A stretch of DNA of 64,000 nucleotides. Origin: an uncultured Pelagibacteraceae bacterium (lineage in GTDB: Bacteria > Pseudomonadota > Alphaproteobacteria > Pelagibacterales > Pelagibacteraceae). The position numbers and the translations under genes are program-made. The notes beneath the pieces are model-generated. The model did no database searches. It was not told where the DNA came from and was given only the letters and a program-made list of their open reading frames with translations. The stretch is taken from assembly GCA_902596785.1 (NCBI GenBank), contig CACJVG010000003.1, positions 874-64,873 on the forward strand, given 5' to 3'. This document shows, in pieces, positions 38,810 to 48,436 of the stretch (position 1 is the first letter of the stretch; each line of letters begins with the position of its first letter).

Positions 38810-39933
38810 AGTTTAACCCATTTTTTTGATTTGCTAGATTTTTTACATGCATCAATAAATTTAGCAGTTTCATATCCATCATCTTCATTAGGATAAAAAG
38901 TTCTTTTTTTTGATTTTAATGACTCAGCAAACTCTCTATAAATATTGGAAAAAGCATCCAAATAACCTTCAGGATGACCAAATTTTATTCTAGAAAATTT
39001 TTTTGAAAAACTTGCGTCATGAAATCCTCTTTCTAATATTCTAACAGCTCCCTTTGATGGATTAAATTTTAAATAAGTTGGATCATTTTGTACCCATTCT
39101 AAACTTCCTTTAGATCCAAAAATTCTTATTCTTAAACCATAGACCCCACCTCTTGCAGTACAACTTGTCCAAAACATTCCTTTTGCACCATTATCAAATT
39201 CAATTAATACTTTAGCGTTGTTATCCATTTTAATTGTTTTTGATACTTGGCTAATATCAGCAAAAACTTTTTTTGTTTTTAATCCAGACATATAGCTTGC
39301 AAGATGACAAGCATGAGACCCTAGTTCGTTTAAAACTGTAGAGACGCCTACAATTTTTTTATCAAGTTTCCAACGAAACATTTTTCTAGAGTTTTTTTTA
39401 TTTATTGTTTTTCCTTCACTCCAGTCTTGAACATACTCAAAATTAATATCTTCTACATTTCCAATTTTTCCTTTTTCAATTAATACTTTGGCTTCTCGAA
39501 CCATCGGGTAAGCTGAATAATTATGTGTTAGAGCATATTTAATTTTTTTATTTTTTTTTATTTTATTAAATAAACTTTTGGCTTGTTTCAGATCAGCAGC
39601 AAAAGGTTTATCAGAAATAATATGAATGTTTTTATCGATAAATTTTTCAGCAATAATTTGATGACTTCCTGGCGGTGTCATTATTGATACAACATCAATT
39701 TTATCTTTTCGAAGACTTTCTTTGTTGGCCATGGTTAAATAATTTGAATAACATCTATCTTCACTCACACCGATGCTTTGTCCAAACGAAGTTGATTGTT
39801 TTGAATTTCTTGAAAAAACTCCTGCTACAATTTCATATTTGTCATCAAACCTTGATGAAATTCTGTGCACGTGACCAATCCAAGAATTAGGTCCACCTCC
39901 AATGATACCTAGTTTTAATTTTTTAGATTTCAT
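38806..39933 (-). CDS. Gfo/Idh/MocA oxidoreductase
   Basis: Likely start is ATG 39933 (MKSKKLKLGIIGGG..IG.VH). DKP, HNYSAYPMVR, YVQDW, GHPEGY..AF.NIY. Confidence 0.88.
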   Translation of the reverse strand: MKSKKLKLGIIGGGPNSWIGHVHRISSRFDDKYEIVAGVFSRNSKQSTSFGQSIGVSEDRCYSNYLTMANKESLRKDKIDVVSIMTPPGSHQIIAEKFIDKNIHIISDKPFAADLKQAKSLFNKIKKNKKIKYALTHNYSAYPMVREAKVLIEKGKIGNVEDINFEYVQDWSEGKTINKKNSRKMFRWKLDKKIVGVSTVLNELGSHACHLASYMSGLKTKKVFADISQVSKTIKMDNNAKVLIEFDNGAKGMFWTSCTARGGVYGLRIRIFGSKGSLEWVQNDPTYLKFNPSKGAVRILERGFHDASFSKKFSRIKFGHPEGYLDAFSNIYREFAESLKSKKRTFYPNEDDGYETAKFIDACKKSSKSKKWVKL

Positions 39934-39964
39934 TTTTAAAAACTTATATATATAAGACTTGTTT

Positions 39965-40867
39965 ATGTCAGTAAAATTAGGAATAGCACCGATTGCATGG
40001 AGCAATGATGACATGCCAGAACTAGGAGGTGATACTTCTTTAGAACAATGCTTGTCAGAAGCAAGTCAGGCAGGTTTTATTGGAATTGAGTCTGGAGGAA
40101 AATTTCCCAAAACATCTGAGGAGTTAATACCTAAATTAAAAGAGTTTAATTTAAATCTTTGCTCAGGTTGGTATGGAGCAAACTTAAGAAAAAATAGCAT
40201 TACAGAGGAAAAAAATTTAATTCAAGATCAGCTAAAATTATTTAAAGATTGCAATTCACCATGTATGGTTTTTGCTGAAGTTTCAGGTTCGATCCAAGGA
40301 GATCCAAACAGAAGACTTTCCACAAGACCAAAAATGGATCTTGATGAAGCTAAAGAGTACTATTCAAAAATTTCTGAAATGGGAAAATATTTAGAAGATG
40401 AAGGAATGCCTCTTGCTTACCATCATCACATGGGAACAGTTATAGAAACTGAGGAAGATACCATAAGATTGTTAGAAAATACTGATGACAGTGTTAAACT
40501 TACTTTAGATACTGGCCATATGTTATTTGCTCAGGGTAATTCTCTAAAAATATTAAAAGATTTCAGTGAAAGACTTATTCATATGCACTGCAAAGATATT
40601 AGAAAAGATGTTTTAGAAAAATCTTTGAAAGAAGATTTAAGTTTTAGAGGAGCATTTTTAGAAGGTGCTTTTACGGTGCCTGGAGATGGCTGTATTGATT
40701 ACAAACCATTATTTGATGCATTAAAAGAAAAAAATTATTCAGGTTGGTTGGTAGTTGAAGCTGAGCAAGATCCAGCAAAAGCCAATCCTTTTGAATATGC
40801 AAAGATTGGTTATAAATATTTAACTGAAACCTTAAATAGCAGCAATATAGAGATTTTTAAAAATTGA
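39965..40867 (+). CDS. iolE: myo-Inosose-2 dehydratase
   Basis: GIAPIAWSNDD.PELG, SGW, YHHHMGT, DTGH, HCKD, FTVPGDG, VEAEQDP. Confidence 0.95.
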   Translation: MSVKLGIAPIAWSNDDMPELGGDTSLEQCLSEASQAGFIGIESGGKFPKTSEELIPKLKEFNLNLCSGWYGANLRKNSITEEKNLIQDQLKLFKDCNSPCMVFAEVSGSIQGDPNRRLSTRPKMDLDEAKEYYSKISEMGKYLEDEGMPLAYHHHMGTVIETEEDTIRLLENTDDSVKLTLDTGHMLFAQGNSLKILKDFSERLIHMHCKDIRKDVLEKSLKEDLSFRGAFLEGAFTVPGDGCIDYKPLFDALKEKNYSGWLVVEAEQDPAKANPFEYAKIGYKYLTETLNSSNIEIFKN

Positions 40868-41368
40868 TTATCTATAAATAGAGGTAAGTTCGTTGTTTCC
40901 TGCTGCAACACAAGGTGATTTAAAACAAGTACCAACAATCCACTCTGAACCTGGATCAGGTAAAAAATTCGAAGACATTACAAAGATCACTCCCATTTCA
41001 ACAGCTTGACCAGCTTTACCTTCAGCTTTTATTCTTGGATCAGGATCAGTTTTAACTTTCGAGTCATCAGAAAATGGATTTTCTATTTTTAAATTTTCAT
41101 TGATATAATTAACAACTTTATCAGCTATCCATTCACCATTACATGGATCACCCCAAACAGTAAATTTACCCTCATCGTTATTTCCACATTTATTAATTTC
41201 ATCATTAATTAGATCAACAACTTTGTTGTGATTTTCTTTTACTAAATTAGCTTTAGCTTCAACAGCTGGTCTTGTACTTGCTGTCCAAATTAACATACCA
41301 ACTACAAAGATTGCAGACGCTGATACTAAAAATTCTAAAAATCCAAAATTTTTGAAATTAATTTTCAT
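40868..41368 (-). CDS. Pilin-like protein with degenerate class III signal
   Basis: KN-FGFLEFLV hydrophobic helix, AK..KENHNKVV..I..EI.KC, C-terminal TCFKSPC Cys pair. Confidence 0.55.
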   Translation of the reverse strand: MKINFKNFGFLEFLVSASAIFVVGMLIWTASTRPAVEAKANLVKENHNKVVDLINDEINKCGNNDEGKFTVWGDPCNGEWIADKVVNYINENLKIENPFSDDSKVKTDPDPRIKAEGKAGQAVEMGVIFVMSSNFLPDPGSEWIVGTCFKSPCVAAGNNELTSIYR

Positions 41369-41369
41369 A

Positions 41370-42335
41370 TTAAAGTTTTACAATTTTAGATTTTTCTAAC
41401 TTTTCCTCAAAAAAATCAATAATATTTTGAATTGTCTCTTTACCCATTCTTGTCATACATTCATCGGTAAAAGCTGCAGTATGTGGACTTAAATAAACTT
41501 TTTCATTTTTAAGAAGTGGATTATTGTCATCAGGTGGTTCTTTTTTAAAAACATCAATTCCTGCTCCAAAAATTAAATTTTCATTGAGTGCTTTATCAAG
41601 ATCTTCTTCATGAATAATTCCACCTCTTGCTGCATTAATGATAATGCAAGTTTTTTTCATTGTTTTTAATAAATCATAATTAATTAAATTTTCAGTTTTA
41701 TCCGTTAAAGGCATATGGAGCGAAATAACATCCATAGTTTTTACTGCTTCAGCTAGATCATCTATTTTTTTTCCACCTAATTCTTCAATTTTATCTTTGT
41801 CTACAAATGGATCGTAGACAAATACATTCATTTCGAAACCCAGACATCTTTTGATTAAAGCTTTTCCAATTCTTCCAAACCCCATTATTAAAAAATTTTT
41901 TTTCCAAACTTCTATTGTTTTTGGTAATTTATTTCTGTCTTTAAAGTTTCCATCTCTTACTGTTTTGTCAAATAAGTCTTTTCTTTTTGCAATATTTAAC
42001 AAAACGAACATTACATGTTCTGCAACTGTAACAGCATTTGCGTTAGCTGTTATTGCTATTTTTATATCTTTTTCTTTAGCTTTTTTTAAATCGATATTGT
42101 CGTAACCAACACCATGTCTTGAAATAATTTTTAAATTTTTTGCTTCTTCAAAAGTTTCACCAGGAAGCTTTGCAATTCTTATTGATGCACCATCGCAATC
42201 TTTTAATTTTGATTTTAAATTTTCTACTGAAGTGTCGTCAGTTACTTCAACATCAAAGTTAGGGTGATTATTAATTAATTCCATACCTTTTTCATGGACT
42301 TTTTGAATAATTAATATCTTTTTTTTATTACTCAT
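41370..42335 (-). CDS. D-isomer-specific 2-hydroxyacid dehydrogenase (SerA-like, no ACT domain)
   Basis: SRHGVGYDNID, VAEH, GFGRIG, SLHMPL, INAARG, EP, SPH. Confidence 0.9.
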   Translation of the reverse strand: MSNKKKILIIQKVHEKGMELINNHPNFDVEVTDDTSVENLKSKLKDCDGASIRIAKLPGETFEEAKNLKIISRHGVGYDNIDLKKAKEKDIKIAITANANAVTVAEHVMFVLLNIAKRKDLFDKTVRDGNFKDRNKLPKTIEVWKKNFLIMGFGRIGKALIKRCLGFEMNVFVYDPFVDKDKIEELGGKKIDDLAEAVKTMDVISLHMPLTDKTENLINYDLLKTMKKTCIIINAARGGIIHEEDLDKALNENLIFGAGIDVFKKEPPDDNNPLLKNEKVYLSPHTAAFTDECMTRMGKETIQNIIDFFEEKLEKSKIVKL

Positions 42336-42446
42336 AATTATATATCAATTTTTTAGAGAGCATTTTTAATACGAAAATTATTCTATAAAGTAAATTAGTT
42401 TTTTGATTAAAGTTGTATTTATTAAATAATTAAAATAAATTTAGCT

Positions 42447-43043
42447 GTGAATTTGACAATTAATATTCTCCTATTTGTTTTTAATATCCTTGAGAAAATA
42501 AATACTTTTTTTTTAAGAATTGGCAGACAGTTTGCATGGATAGCAATACTTTTGATGGTGATTGTTATCTTAGTACAAGTATTTTTTAGGTATGTATTAA
42601 ATAATGCACTACCGTGGCCCGACGAGGTTGCTAGATTTTTGATGTTATGGATGACAGGATTGATTGCACCTTCTGCCTATAGATGGGGCGGATTTGTTTC
42701 TATTGATTTATTAGAGAGATTTTTACCAAAACTTATATCAACATTATTAACTTTATTTTTATTAATAGTATCTCTTTTCGTCTTAGTAATAGGTTTAGAA
42801 TTAGGTTTTAAACATATTAATGCAGGATGGATATTTAATTCTTCTTCGATAAAAATTCCTTTTCATTTAATTGGTGGAAAAGCAGAACCAATAAAATTAG
42901 CTTGGATGTACATGTCATTACCAATAGGAATTATTTTTTTAATTTCTGTAAACATAGAATTAATTCTAAGAAATATTCTCACAAATTTTACTAAGTTAGA
43001 CTTACCTGAGGATTACGATAAACAAAAGCTGGAGACACAATAA
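42447..43043 (+). CDS. dctQ: TRAP transporter small permease
   Basis: QVFFRYVLN.ALPWPDE.AR; four TM segments. Confidence 0.88.
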   Translation: MNLTINILLFVFNILEKINTFFLRIGRQFAWIAILLMVIVILVQVFFRYVLNNALPWPDEVARFLMLWMTGLIAPSAYRWGGFVSIDLLERFLPKLISTLLTLFLLIVSLFVLVIGLELGFKHINAGWIFNSSSIKIPFHLIGGKAEPIKLAWMYMSLPIGIIFLISVNIELILRNILTNFTKLDLPEDYDKQKLETQ

Positions 43044-44332
43044 TGTTAGTTTGGTTTCTTCCTTTGTTTTTATTATTTTTGTTAATTGGTTTACCTGTAT
43101 TTTTTGGACTGTTAGCTGCACCAGGAATTTTACTTTGGCTAAATGATCAAGCAAGAGATGGAGCTATGCTTTATAGAAATATTTATAATGGAATAGATAG
43201 CTTTCCTCTGATGGCGATACCCTTTTTTATGTTAGCAGGAGAATTAATGAATAGAGGAGGAATAACCCACAGATTAGTTGAATTTAGTCAAGCAATGATG
43301 GGTCACTTGAAAGGTGGATTAGCTCATGTCAATGTTCTGACTTCAATGTTGTTTGCTGGTTTATCAGGTTCAGCGGTAGCTGATACATCAGCAATTGGAT
43401 CAATGCTTATTCCTGCGATGGAAAAACAAGGATATACAAAAAAATTTGCAGCAGCTATCACTGCAGCTAGTTCTGTAATTGGACCAATTATTCCACCATC
43501 AGGCATTATGATTATTTATGCCTATGTAATGGGTGAAAGTGTTGCTGCATTATTTTTAGCTGGAATAGTTCCTGGTATTTTAGTTGGCGTAAGCTTAATG
43601 ATCACAATAAAATTTATGGCTAAGAGATATAATTTTCCTGCTGTAACAAAAAAAACTACTTGGAGCCAAAGAGGCAAAGCATCTCTTAAAGCTTTTTTTC
43701 CTTTAATGACACCTGTGATAATTTTAGGTGGAATACTTGGAGGAATTTTTACACCAACTGAAGCATCAGCTGTAGCAGCTGCTTATGCAATGTTTATAGG
43801 TCTATTTGTTTTGAAATCATTAAAATGGAAAGATGTTCCTAAGGTTATGACAAAAGCAGCAATGGTGTCTTCAGTAGTTCTTCTTTTAGTTGGTGCTGCG
43901 ATGGCTTTTAAAACAGTTGTAAGTTTATCACATGCTCCAGAGCATCTTGCTGCATTTGTTTTGGGATTAACTGATAATCCATATGTTTTGTTATTTCTTA
44001 TAAATATTTTATTATTTGTTGTTGGAATGTTTTTAGATGCAGGTCCAGCGATAATCATCTTAGGACCAATTCTTGGACCAGTATTTGTTGAGTTGGGAGT
44101 TCATCCTGTGCATTTTGCAATTATTATGTCCGTTAATTTAACAGTTGGTTTAGCAACTCCGCCAATGGGTCTTGTATTATTTGTTGCATCTTCTGTATCT
44201 GGGGAAAGAGTTGAAACAATAGCAAAAGCTATATTGCCATTCTTAGCAGTAGAAGCTATAGTTATTTTTTTAATAACCTATTTTCCATCAATATCGATGA
44301 CTATTCCTTTGCTTACTGGTTTTGCAAAATAA
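43043..44332 (+). CDS. dctM: TRAP transporter large permease
   Basis: AIPFFMLAGELM, SGSAVAD, IIPPS, FTPTEA, TPPMG. Confidence 0.95.
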   Translation: MLVWFLPLFLLFLLIGLPVFFGLLAAPGILLWLNDQARDGAMLYRNIYNGIDSFPLMAIPFFMLAGELMNRGGITHRLVEFSQAMMGHLKGGLAHVNVLTSMLFAGLSGSAVADTSAIGSMLIPAMEKQGYTKKFAAAITAASSVIGPIIPPSGIMIIYAYVMGESVAALFLAGIVPGILVGVSLMITIKFMAKRYNFPAVTKKTTWSQRGKASLKAFFPLMTPVIILGGILGGIFTPTEASAVAAAYAMFIGLFVLKSLKWKDVPKVMTKAAMVSSVVLLLVGAAMAFKTVVSLSHAPEHLAAFVLGLTDNPYVLLFLINILLFVVGMFLDAGPAIIILGPILGPVFVELGVHPVHFAIIMSVNLTVGLATPPMGLVLFVASSVSGERVETIAKAILPFLAVEAIVIFLITYFPSISMTIPLLTGFAK

Positions 44333-44420
44333 ATATATTTTTTTTTACTACTCGATAGACTCTCTAAATCAATTTAAGTATAGTTTATATACATAAATAT
44401 TTAAAGAGAGGGAAATAATT

Positions 44421-45473
44421 ATGAGTAAAATAATAAAATCATTTTTTTCATTATTATTCTTAATTAGTTTTACTGCATCTGTTTCAGCTGCAGATTATAA
44501 CTTGAGAATGACAATGAACTCTAATGATCAAGATGAAGATTATGATGGTGCTGTTGTATTTAAAAACTACGTAGAAGCAGCTTCAAATGGAAAAATAGCT
44601 GTAGAACTATTTGTAGGAACACAGCTTTGTTCAAAAGGTGCTGAGTGTTTACAAGGTGTATCTGATGGAAGTATAGATATTTACATTTCTACTTCTGGAG
44701 GTGCTGCAGGCGTATTCCCATATGTTCAAGTTTTAGATTTACCTTATCTAATGGCTGATGACAGAATTGCTGAAGATGTAATGCAAGGTGATTTTGTAAG
44801 AACAATGAGAAAAATGGCTCTAAAAGATTCTAATGATTCAATTAGATTGATGACAATTGGAAACACTGGAGGATGGAGAAATTTTGCTAATACAAAAAGA
44901 AGAATTGCAAATCCGTCCGACATGAAAGGTTTAAAAATCAGAACAGTTGTAGCTGATTTACCTCAGGAACTTGTAAGAGCATTAGGTGCATCTCCAACTC
45001 CTATTCCATGGCCTGAATTATTTACATCATTTCAAACTGGTGTAGTTGAAGGTTCTAAAAATGGAATTACTGACATTATGAATATGAAGTTTCCTGATGC
45101 AGGTCTAAAATACGTTACTTTAGACGGTCATGCATACATGGGAGCATTATGGTGGATGAACAATGCAAAATATGAATCTATGTCACCAGATCTTAAAAAA
45201 GTAGTGACTGATGGTTTCTATGCTTTGCAGCAAGCAACTTTTGCTTCGCCTAAAAGAAAATCAATCAAAGCTTATGAGGACTTTGTAGCAGGTGGTGGAG
45301 ATTTATATGTTCCTACTCCTGATCAAAAAGCTAGTTTTAAAAAAGAAGCTAGCCCAGTGTATGATTGGTTTAAAGCTAATGTTAAAGGTGGAAAAGAAAT
45401 TTTCAACGCTTTAACTAAAGCAGTAGCCAAAGCAGAGAAAAAAGCATCGAGCGCATACAAAAAAGATTTGTAA
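44421..45473 (+). CDS. dctP: TRAP substrate-binding protein
   Basis: Signal peptide, GGWRNF, MKGLKIRT, LGASPTPIPW.E..S.QTGVVEG..N. Confidence 0.92.
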   Translation: MSKIIKSFFSLLFLISFTASVSAADYNLRMTMNSNDQDEDYDGAVVFKNYVEAASNGKIAVELFVGTQLCSKGAECLQGVSDGSIDIYISTSGGAAGVFPYVQVLDLPYLMADDRIAEDVMQGDFVRTMRKMALKDSNDSIRLMTIGNTGGWRNFANTKRRIANPSDMKGLKIRTVVADLPQELVRALGASPTPIPWPELFTSFQTGVVEGSKNGITDIMNMKFPDAGLKYVTLDGHAYMGALWWMNNAKYESMSPDLKKVVTDGFYALQQATFASPKRKSIKAYEDFVAGGGDLYVPTPDQKASFKKEASPVYDWFKANVKGGKEIFNALTKAVAKAEKKASSAYKKDL

Positions 45474-45486
45474 TTTCAAATTAATA

Positions 45487-45516
45487 TAATGGGGCGGATT
45501 TTAGTTCGCCTCATTA
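45487..45516. terminator. Hairpin between the convergent dctP and Sel1 genes
   Basis: TAATGGGGCGGAT-TTTA-GTTCGCCTCATTA; GC-rich stem with G-U pairs and no strong U-tract. Confidence 0.55.
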
Positions 45517-45984
45517 TCTAAAAGGATATATCCAAGATTTATAATCTTTTATGAGAATATGAGCTTTTTCAATTTGTTCAGGAGTCATTTTTTTAATAAC
45601 TTCTTCCTGAGAAATTGCAGCATCAGGATCTCCACCAATAGCAGACAAACCGTACCACATATAAGCCCTAACAAGATCGGGAGCAGGAAGTCCTCTACCA
45701 ATTTCGTAATACCAACCAACACCAGATTGAGCGCCAGGATGACCTTTCATAGAAGATCTGAGATACCATTCAAAAGCTCTAACGTCATCTCTTTCAACAC
45801 CAAGACCCATAGCGTACATAATTCCAATAAGCTCTTCAGCATCAGCATTACCAGACCTAGCTGCTGGTATAAGTTCCTCCATAGCTTCTTTAAATTTTCC
45901 TTCTTCCATCAAATCTCGAGCATTTTCTATTTCTGCAAAAACTATGGATGGAAGAAACAACAGTATAAAAAGATATTTAATCAT
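45514..45984 (-). CDS. Exported Sel1-repeat protein
   Basis: Signal peptide (..IVFA/EIE). Repeats A.SGNADAEELIGIMYAMGLGVERD..AFEWY, GHPGAQSGVGWYYEIGRG and AYMWY.LSA. Confidence 0.9.
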   Translation of the reverse strand: MIKYLFILLFLPSIVFAEIENARDLMEEGKFKEAMEELIPAARSGNADAEELIGIMYAMGLGVERDDVRAFEWYLRSSMKGHPGAQSGVGWYYEIGRGLPAPDLVRAYMWYGLSAIGGDPDAAISQEEVIKKMTPEQIEKAHILIKDYKSWIYPFR

Positions 45985-47322
45985 TTAAAAATAATAATAT
46001 TTATAATTCCATTTTTAATTTCAGTAAATAAATCTTACGCAATTGATTTACCAAAACCATTAAAGAGCGAAGATTTTCATGAAGTTGATGTAGAAAAAGT
46101 TAAAATTGGAAGACTTTTATTTCATGATAAAATTTTATCTGCAAATCGAAACATTGCTTGTGCAACCTGCCATAGTCATGATCTAGGTGGTTCAGATGGA
46201 CTTTCATTAGGGATTGGTGAAGGAGGACATGGTATTGGATTAGAAAGAACAGCTGGAACAGGGGATGATAAAATTAAAAAACGTATTCCTAGGAATGCTT
46301 TAGCATTATGGAATTTAGGATTTAAAGATATTACAACATTGCTTCATGACGGTAGAGTGACTAAATCTGATATATTTGGCAATGGTTTTAATACCCCAGC
46401 GCAAGAACTACTTCCAAAAGGGCTTGATAATATAGTTGCTGTACAAGCTTTATTCCCAATGACAAGACAATTTGAAATGGCTGGAAACCCAGGTGAAAAT
46501 GAAATTATAGGACTTGTTTCGAAAGTTGGTAAAGACAGTATGAGAATAGATAGAGTTTGGCCTGTAATCACTCATAGAATAAGAGGAATTCCCGAGTATG
46601 TTGAAATGTTTAAACATGCATTTGAGGATGTTGATAATGCTTTAGATATAAATATTACACATATAGTAAATTCAATTGCAGCTTTTGAAATTCATGAATG
46701 GACCTCTTTTGACTCTCCATTTGATGAATATTTAAATGGAAATAAATCAGCTTTAAATTCAAATCAGATAGCAGGTATGAATTTATTCTATGGCAAAGCT
46801 AATTGTAGCTCATGTCATTCCGGATCTTTATTGTCTGATCAAAAATTTCATTCAATAGGAATTCCTCAATTTGGGCCTGGAAGGACAAGGCCTTTTGATC
46901 CTTATGCACGTGATGTTGGAAGGATGGTTGAAACAGATGATTTGGATGACATGTATAAATTTAAAACACCTGCACTTAGAAATGTTTCTTTAACTGCACC
47001 TTACGGTCATAATGGTGCTTATCCAACACTTAAAGGAATAATTAAACATCATTTAAATCCAGTAGCTATGAATAAAAATTGGAAACCTAAATATGCAAAT
47101 TTACCTAGTGCTCCATGGTTAGAGCAAATAGATTTTGTAACTTTTTCTGACAAAAGAGAACAGGATAGAATTATTTCGAGTATAGACATTAAACCAATAG
47201 ATTTAAGTGAAAAAGAAATTGATCAATTGGTATTTTTTTTACAATCTTTAACTGGAAAAAGTGGAAATCAAAGACCCCTCGGTAAACCAGAAAAAGTACC
47301 AAGTGGATTAACAATTGATTAA
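45985..47322 (+). CDS. Periplasmic di-heme cytochrome c peroxidase/MauG-family protein (start uncertain)
   Basis: GRLLFHDKILS..IACATCH, PRNA.ALWN, HDGR, G..LF.GKANCSSCH, FKTPALRNV..TAPYGHNG. The signal-peptide-like LKIIIFIIPFLISVNKSYA starts at 45985 with no ATG/GTG/TTG. Confidence 0.85.
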   Translation, partial: LKIIIFIIPFLISVNKSYAIDLPKPLKSEDFHEVDVEKVKIGRLLFHDKILSANRNIACATCHSHDLGGSDGLSLGIGEGGHGIGLERTAGTGDDKIKKRIPRNALALWNLGFKDITTLLHDGRVTKSDIFGNGFNTPAQELLPKGLDNIVAVQALFPMTRQFEMAGNPGENEIIGLVSKVGKDSMRIDRVWPVITHRIRGIPEYVEMFKHAFEDVDNALDINITHIVNSIAAFEIHEWTSFDSPFDEYLNGNKSALNSNQIAGMNLFYGKANCSSCHSGSLLSDQKFHSIGIPQFGPGRTRPFDPYARDVGRMVETDDLDDMYKFKTPALRNVSLTAPYGHNGAYPTLKGIIKHHLNPVAMNKNWKPKYANLPSAPWLEQIDFVTFSDKREQDRIISSIDIKPIDLSEKEIDQLVFFLQSLTGKSGNQRPLGKPEKVPSGLTID

Positions 47323-47353
47323 ACTTATTTAATTAAACTGATAAATAATAAAT

Positions 47354-48436
47354 ATGGAAAAAATTAAATATGGAATAATTGGAGCTGGCACAATGGCTCG
47401 AGAACATATTTTAAATTTATCTTTAATAGATGAAGCTCAAGTAGTTGCTCTTTCAGATCCTCACGAAGAGTCTTTGAAACAGTGCCAAGAATTACTCAAA
47501 TCAGAAGTTGTTTGCTTTAAAAATCATCAAGATCTGATCAAAGAAAATATAGTTGATGTTTATATAATTTCATCTCCTAATTTTACTCATATTCAAATTT
47601 TAAAAGATGTAATTAAAACCAAGAAACATATATTGATTGAAAAACCTTTGTGCACTAAGACAAAAGATTGTTTAGAAATAGAAAAACTAACTAAAAATTA
47701 CCCTTCAGTATTTTGGACTGCAATGGAATACAGGTACATGCCTCCTGTTTCAAAATTTATCAAAGAAATTCACAACAAAACAATTGGTGACCTAAAAACA
47801 TTAACAATAAGAGAACACAGATTTCCTTTCTTAAAAAAAGTAAACGATTGGAACAGATTTGAAAAAAATACCGGAGGAACTTTAGTTGAAAAGTGTTGTC
47901 ATTTTTTTGATTTGATGCGTTTTATTGTTAAGAGTGAGCCCGTAAGTGTTTATGCGAGTGGGGGACAAGATGTTAATCATTTAGATGAAGAGTATGATGG
48001 TAAAAAACCAGATATTATTGATAACGCTTATGTAATTGTTAATTTTGAGAATGGCTCAAGAAGTATGCTTGAGCTTTGTATGTTTGCCGAAAATTCTGAA
48101 ATGCAAGAAGAGTTAACTGCAACAGGAAATATTGGTAAAATTGAAACTTCAGTTCCTTCAAATGAGTCTGGGAAAACTACTTCTGATGTAAGAATTGGTA
48201 TGAGAGACGGAAAAACTAAACAAGAAAGTGTTAGTGTGGATCCAAAAATACTTGAAGCAGGACATCATCATGGTTCAACTTATTATGAACATTTAGCCTT
48301 TATAAATGCAGTAAAAAATAAGTTAAAGCCAGAGGTATCTTTGAATGATGGGTTAATTGCTGTTGCAGTTGGAGAAGCGGCTGAGACATCAATTAAACTT
48401 GGAAGAGTAGTTAAGTTAAACGAGATAATTACTTAA
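47354..48436 (+). CDS. Gfo/Idh/MocA oxidoreductase
   Basis: GIIGAG.M, IEKP, AMEYRYMP, EHRFPF, GGTLVEKCCHFFD. Confidence 0.9.
   Translation: MEKIKYGIIGAGTMAREHILNLSLIDEAQVVALSDPHEESLKQCQELLKSEVVCFKNHQDLIKENIVDVYIISSPNFTHIQILKDVIKTKKHILIEKPLCTKTKDCLEIEKLTKNYPSVFWTAMEYRYMPPVSKFIKEIHNKTIGDLKTLTIREHRFPFLKKVNDWNRFEKNTGGTLVEKCCHFFDLMRFIVKSEPVSVYASGGQDVNHLDEEYDGKKPDIIDNAYVIVNFENGSRSMLELCMFAENSEMQEELTATGNIGKIETSVPSNESGKTTSDVRIGMRDGKTKQESVSVDPKILEAGHHHGSTYYEHLAFINAVKNKLKPEVSLNDGLIAVAVGEAAETSIKLGRVVKLNEIIT

Noticed and set aside
39934-40014. N-terminal extension of the Gfo/Idh/MocA gene overlapping iolE
   Set aside because: The Rossmann motif begins right after ATG 39933, and the extension is antisense to conserved IolE residues.
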